A DNA stretch of 51,435 bases. Source: Acidobacteriota bacterium (GTDB lineage Bacteria; Acidobacteriota; Vicinamibacteria; Vicinamibacterales; UBA2999). Below the pieces are notes generated by a model. The model did no database searches. It was not told the origin of the DNA and saw only the letters and a program-made list of their open reading frames with translations. The translations under genes were made by a program, and so were the position numbers. The DNA is taken from contig JACPPO010000146.1 of the NCBI GenBank assembly GCA_016190945.1, positions 1-51,435 on the forward strand. The letters run 5' to 3'. Of this stretch, positions 47,953 through 51,435 are shown piece by piece. Each line of letters opens with the position of its first letter. The first letter of the stretch is position 1.

Positions 47953-48827
47953 CGCGGCCTTGGGCACCGGGACGGTCCGCTAATGCGGACCGCCCAGCTA
48001 GCGCTGGCTTGTCGGGTCGCACAGCGACCCGACTTGGGCGAAGGCGGCTGGCCGCCACGTTCGCTCGCATCCGCGCCGGCAATATTGGTCCCGGCCTCGT
48101 GACCTACGTGACCGCGGGCGACCCTGACCTGCCGCGGACGGAGGGCATCCTGCGTGCCCTCGACCGCGCCGGCGCCGACGTGATCGAGGTCGGCGTCCCG
48201 TTTTCGGACCCCCTTGCGGACGGCCCCGTCATCCAGCGCGCCACCGAGCGCGCACTGGCCTCGGGCACGACGCTCGCCGGCGTCCTCGACATGGTCCGGC
48301 GCTTACGAGCCGACCTGCGCGCGCCGATAGTCATATTCAGCTACGCGAACCCAATTCTGCGGCTTGGCGCGGAGCGATTTGCCGACCAGGCGCGCGACGC
48401 CGGCGTCGATGGTGTGCTCGTCCTGGACCTCCCAATCGAGGAAGCGGACCAGTTCCGGGCGCTCGTGGCATCGCGGGGGATTGATACAATTCTCCTGCTC
48501 AGCCCGACGACGAGCGACGAGCGTCTGCGGCGGGCCGCGTCCCTCGGCAGTGGCTTTCTGTATGCAATCTCGCGGCTCGGTGTAACCGGAGCCCGCGACG
48601 CCATCGCGGATGGCGCTGAGGAGATGGTCCGACGGATCAGGGCCGTCAGCTCCCTGCCCATCGCCCTCGGGTTTGGCATCTCGAAGCCGGAACACGTGCG
48701 CGAAGTGGGGCAGTGGGCGGATGCCGCCGTGGTCGGCAGCGCGCTGGTCAACGTCATCGCTGACGCGGGCGCGTCACTCGATCTCAATACGCGGGTAGAG
48801 GAGTATGTGCGGTGGCTGAAGTCCTGA
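47949..48827 (+). CDS. trpA: Tryptophan synthase alpha chain with 30-aa N-terminal insertion
   Basis: [36 protein letters not shown]; ATGA overlap with trpB. Confidence 0.96.
   Translation: MTRPWAPGRSANADRPASAGLSGRTATRLGRRRLAATFARIRAGNIGPGLVTYVTAGDPDLPRTEGILRALDRAGADVIEVGVPFSDPLADGPVIQRATERALASGTTLAGVLDMVRRLRADLRAPIVIFSYANPILRLGAERFADQARDAGVDGVLVLDLPIEEADQFRALVASRGIDTILLLSPTTSDERLRRAASLGSGFLYAISRLGVTGARDAIADGAEEMVRRIRAVSSLPIALGFGISKPEHVREVGQWADAAVVGSALVNVIADAGASLDLNTRVEEYVRWLKS
47959..48048. repeat. 90-bp in-frame insertion in trpA containing copy 2 of the double-hairpin element
   Basis: Bounded by GCGGC direct repeat (47954, 48044); homologous to 29212-29292. Confidence 0.85.
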
Positions 48828-49135
48828 CGAACATCGAGGAGCTGCGCGGCCGGATCGACGTCGTCGACGATCAGCTCGTGCGTCTGCTGAACGTGCGGGT
48901 GGCGTGCGCCGTAGAGGTCGGCCGGCTGAAACACGAGGCCGGGCTGCCGATTTACCAACCCGAGCGCGAGGCGCAGGTGTTGAACAAAGTCAGGAAGTCG
49001 GCGACCGAGCTGTCCGGCCCGCTGACGGCCGAGGCGCTCGTCCGGATTTTCGAGCGCATCATTGACGAAGCGCGGCGCGCGGAACGTGCCGCCAGCGTCC
49101 GCGGAGACGGGCTCGGGCCGTCCATCGGCGAATGA
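48812..49135 (+). CDS. Chorismate mutase (AroQ type)
   Basis: IEELRGRIDVVD..LL..R..VGRLK..PIYQPEREAQV. Confidence 0.92.
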   Translation: MAEVLTNIEELRGRIDVVDDQLVRLLNVRVACAVEVGRLKHEAGLPIYQPEREAQVLNKVRKSATELSGPLTAEALVRIFERIIDEARRAERAASVRGDGLGPSIGE

Positions 49136-49178
49136 ACCGACACAGGAAGAGCGGAGATAGAGGAGCGGAGATAACGTC

Positions 49179-50225
49179 ATGATCGTTGTGATGAAAGAGC
49201 GGGCCACTGAGGCGCAGGTCGACTCGGTCATCGCCCGTCTCATTGAGCTGGGGATGGACGTTCACCGATCGTCCGGCGCGACGCGGACCGTGCTCGGGGT
49301 GGTCGGCGCCGGCAAGGTGGACAAGGAGATGATCGAGATTCTCGAGGGCGTCCACGAGGTGATGCGCATCTCCGAGCCGTACAAGCGCGCGAGCCGCAGC
49401 TACAAACCCGAGGACACCATCGTCACAATTGACGACGTGCGGATCGGGGGCGATGAGGTCATCGTCATGGCCGGGCCTTGCTCGGCGGAGACCGAGGAGC
49501 AGTGCCAGGCGTCGGCGGCCGCCGTCAAGCGTGCCGGAGCCAAGGTGCTGCGCGGCGGGGCGTTCAAGCCGCGCAGCTCCCCGTACAGCTTTCAGGGTCA
49601 CGGTGAACCGGGCCTGCAGATGCTGCGGCACGCGGCCGATGCGCACAACCTCAAGCTGATCTCTGAAGTCATGGACGCCAGCCAGATTGAGCTCATCGCC
49701 AAGTACTGCGACATCTTCCAGGTCGGCGCCCGCAATATGCAGAACTACACGCTGCTGCGCGAGCTGGGTCATGCGCGTAAGCCGGTGCTCCTGAAGCGCG
49801 GTATCTCGGCCACCATCGAAGAGTGGCTGCTGTCGGCCGAGTACATCCTGGACGGCGGCAACAACGACGTCATCCTCTGCGAGCGTGGCATCCGGACGTT
49901 CGAGACCGCGACGCGGAATACGTTTGACATTTCGGCGATCCCGGTCGTCAAGAAGCTGAGCCATCTCCCGGTGATCGCGGATCCCAGCCACGGCGCCGGC
50001 CGGCGCGACATGGTGGCGCAGCTGGCGCGCGCCGCGGTTGCGGCGGGCGCCGACGGCCTTCTCATCGAAGTGCACAACGATCCGGACCGCGCGCTGAGCG
50101 ACGGGGCGCAGTCGATGTTCCCGTCGCAATTCGATCGTCTGATGGCGGAGCTGCGGATCATCGCCCCGGCGATCGGGCGCAGCATCTGCCTCGAGGCTGC
50201 CGCTCGCCGTGGGTGGGCGCGATAA
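49179..50225 (+). CDS. aroF: DAHP synthase type I-beta with N-terminal regulatory domain
   Basis: [44 protein letters not shown]; GAGGAG upstream. Confidence 0.95.
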   Translation: MIVVMKERATEAQVDSVIARLIELGMDVHRSSGATRTVLGVVGAGKVDKEMIEILEGVHEVMRISEPYKRASRSYKPEDTIVTIDDVRIGGDEVIVMAGPCSAETEEQCQASAAAVKRAGAKVLRGGAFKPRSSPYSFQGHGEPGLQMLRHAADAHNLKLISEVMDASQIELIAKYCDIFQVGARNMQNYTLLRELGHARKPVLLKRGISATIEEWLLSAEYILDGGNNDVILCERGIRTFETATRNTFDISAIPVVKKLSHLPVIADPSHGAGRRDMVAQLARAAVAAGADGLLIEVHNDPDRALSDGAQSMFPSQFDRLMAELRIIAPAIGRSICLEAAARRGWAR

Positions 50226-50247
50226 AACGCCCGCGGCTCGCGAAGCC

Positions 50248-50312
50248 CCCAAATCCCAATGACCAAGTCCCAACGTGGGTTCGGGTCTTAGGATTTGGAT
50301 CTTGGGATTTGA
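50248..50312. repeat. Inverted heptamer array (CCCAAAT / GGATTTG type)
   Basis: cccaaat cccaatg accaagt cccaa ... ggtctta ggatttg gatcttg ggatttg. Confidence 0.75.
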
Positions 50313-50314
50313 CG

Positions 50315-51181
50315 ATGTCCCCACCGGATTCTCCCGTTTTCCCAAGGGTCGCGATTGTCGGTCTTGGGCTGATCGGCGGGTCGATTGCTTTTGGCGCCCG
50401 CCGCGCGTGGCCTTCGACGCATGTGGTCGCGATCGATCGGGAACCGGTCGTTCGCGCGGCGCTCTCGCGCCGCGCCATCGACGCCGCGGCGGACGACCTG
50501 GCCTCCGTCGCCGACGCCGATCTGATTGTGCTGGCCGCACCCGTGCGCCAGAACATTGCCCTTCTCCGGCGCGTTGCCGCCTATGCCTCCACCTCAGCGG
50601 TGATCACGGATGTCGGCGGTACCAAGCGAGCGATTGTCGCCGCAGCGGCGGCGCTCTCCGAACGGGTCACCTTTGTTGGCGGCCATCCGATTGGCGGCGG
50701 CGCGCGCGGCGGGTTCGAATTTGCCACGGCAAGCCTGTTCGCGCGCCGGCCCTGGATCTTCACGCCCCACAACGCAGCAGGTTCCAACGCTATACGCCGC
50801 TTGTCCGCTTTCGTCACCGGCCTTGGCGCCCAGCCGGCGACGATGGACGCGGCCGAGCACGACCGGTTGATGGCGCTGATCAGCCACCTCCCACAACTGA
50901 CGGCCACCGCGCTGATGGAGGTGGTCGGTGGGGCGGCAACCGCCGGCGGATTGCGAATGGCGGGTCAGGGACTGGTTGACACTACTCGCCTCGCGTCCAG
51001 TCCCGCCGACGTCTGGCGGGACGTCTGCGTCACCAACGCGGACGAGATCGGCAACGCGCTCGACCTGCTGATCGAGCGGCTGTCGGAGATGCGGAGCGAC
51101 CTGCGGCGCGCCGAGATCATCGACTCTGTTTTTGACGACGCCGCGCGCTGGCGCGCGCAGCTCATGAAGGGGAGGGATTAG
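50315..51181 (+). CDS. tyrA: Prephenate dehydrogenase
   Basis: VGLGLIGGS, TDVGGTK, GGHPIGG, HDRLMALISHLPQL, DTTRLASS..WRD. Confidence 0.93.
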   Translation: MSPPDSPVFPRVAIVGLGLIGGSIAFGARRAWPSTHVVAIDREPVVRAALSRRAIDAAADDLASVADADLIVLAAPVRQNIALLRRVAAYASTSAVITDVGGTKRAIVAAAAALSERVTFVGGHPIGGGARGGFEFATASLFARRPWIFTPHNAAGSNAIRRLSAFVTGLGAQPATMDAAEHDRLMALISHLPQLTATALMEVVGGAATAGGLRMAGQGLVDTTRLASSPADVWRDVCVTNADEIGNALDLLIERLSEMRSDLRRAEIIDSVFDDAARWRAQLMKGRD

Positions 51182-51435
51182 CTTCGCAGTACGACGGTGC
51201 GAGGTGCACTTGAGAAAGGTTTGACAGTGGCGTAGCCCCACCTTCCTTCGCACGAACGGATTCTCCTCGGCCCGGACCCATCCGTCGACTTGAATGGCCA
51301 GCGTTCGCGGAATCGGCCACTTTACCCCGGTTGTTGCCGGCGTGAACGTGGCCGGCTGTTTGCGCCCGCGGCAGCGCGGGGATTGAAACGATCGCCAGAA
51401 CGGCGCCTCAGTCTTGACGATCCCCAGAAGTGGTC

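Noticed and set aside
49148-49175. GAGCGGAGATA direct repeat before aroF
   Set aside because: Two short purine-rich copies overlapping the RBS; no evidence of a role.

Overview
High-GC chromosomal window of mostly housekeeping genes. Gene content and repeat style suggest Acidobacteria, Vicinamibacterales-like (inference). Left to right: TonB receptor 3' end; agmatine deiminase and N-carbamoylputrescine amidase; hom-thrB-thrC; siroheme and sulfite/nitrite reductase operon; ATP-grasp ligase; methyltransferase; carD; a decayed patch (group IIC intron remnant, tRNA-Val, truncated upp, deleted amidohydrolase); hpt; rpiB-deoC with microcompartment-type extensions; tRNA-Gly; PMM and NDP-sugar synthase; pgsA; an aroC-def-fmt-rsmB-PASTA-rpe-thioesterase-epimerase-bamD operon; a large sigma54 activator; peptide ABC permeases; an S55 peptidase, beta-propeller and TPR cluster; and an 11-gene aromatic amino acid operon (aroD/E-trpEGDCFBA-chorismate mutase-DAHP synthase-tyrA). 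Best signals missed by the ORF track: (1) a 30-codon leader with 3 Phe, 3 Tyr and 3 Trp codons plus antiterminator/terminator, a candidate tri-aromatic attenuator; (2) a 30-codon leader with 4 Cys codons and intrinsic-terminator attenuator architecture before the siroheme/sulfite reductase operon; (3) several families of small palindromic elements inserted in frame in housekeeping genes; (4) signs of decay, including a TrpB that lacks its PLP lysine.
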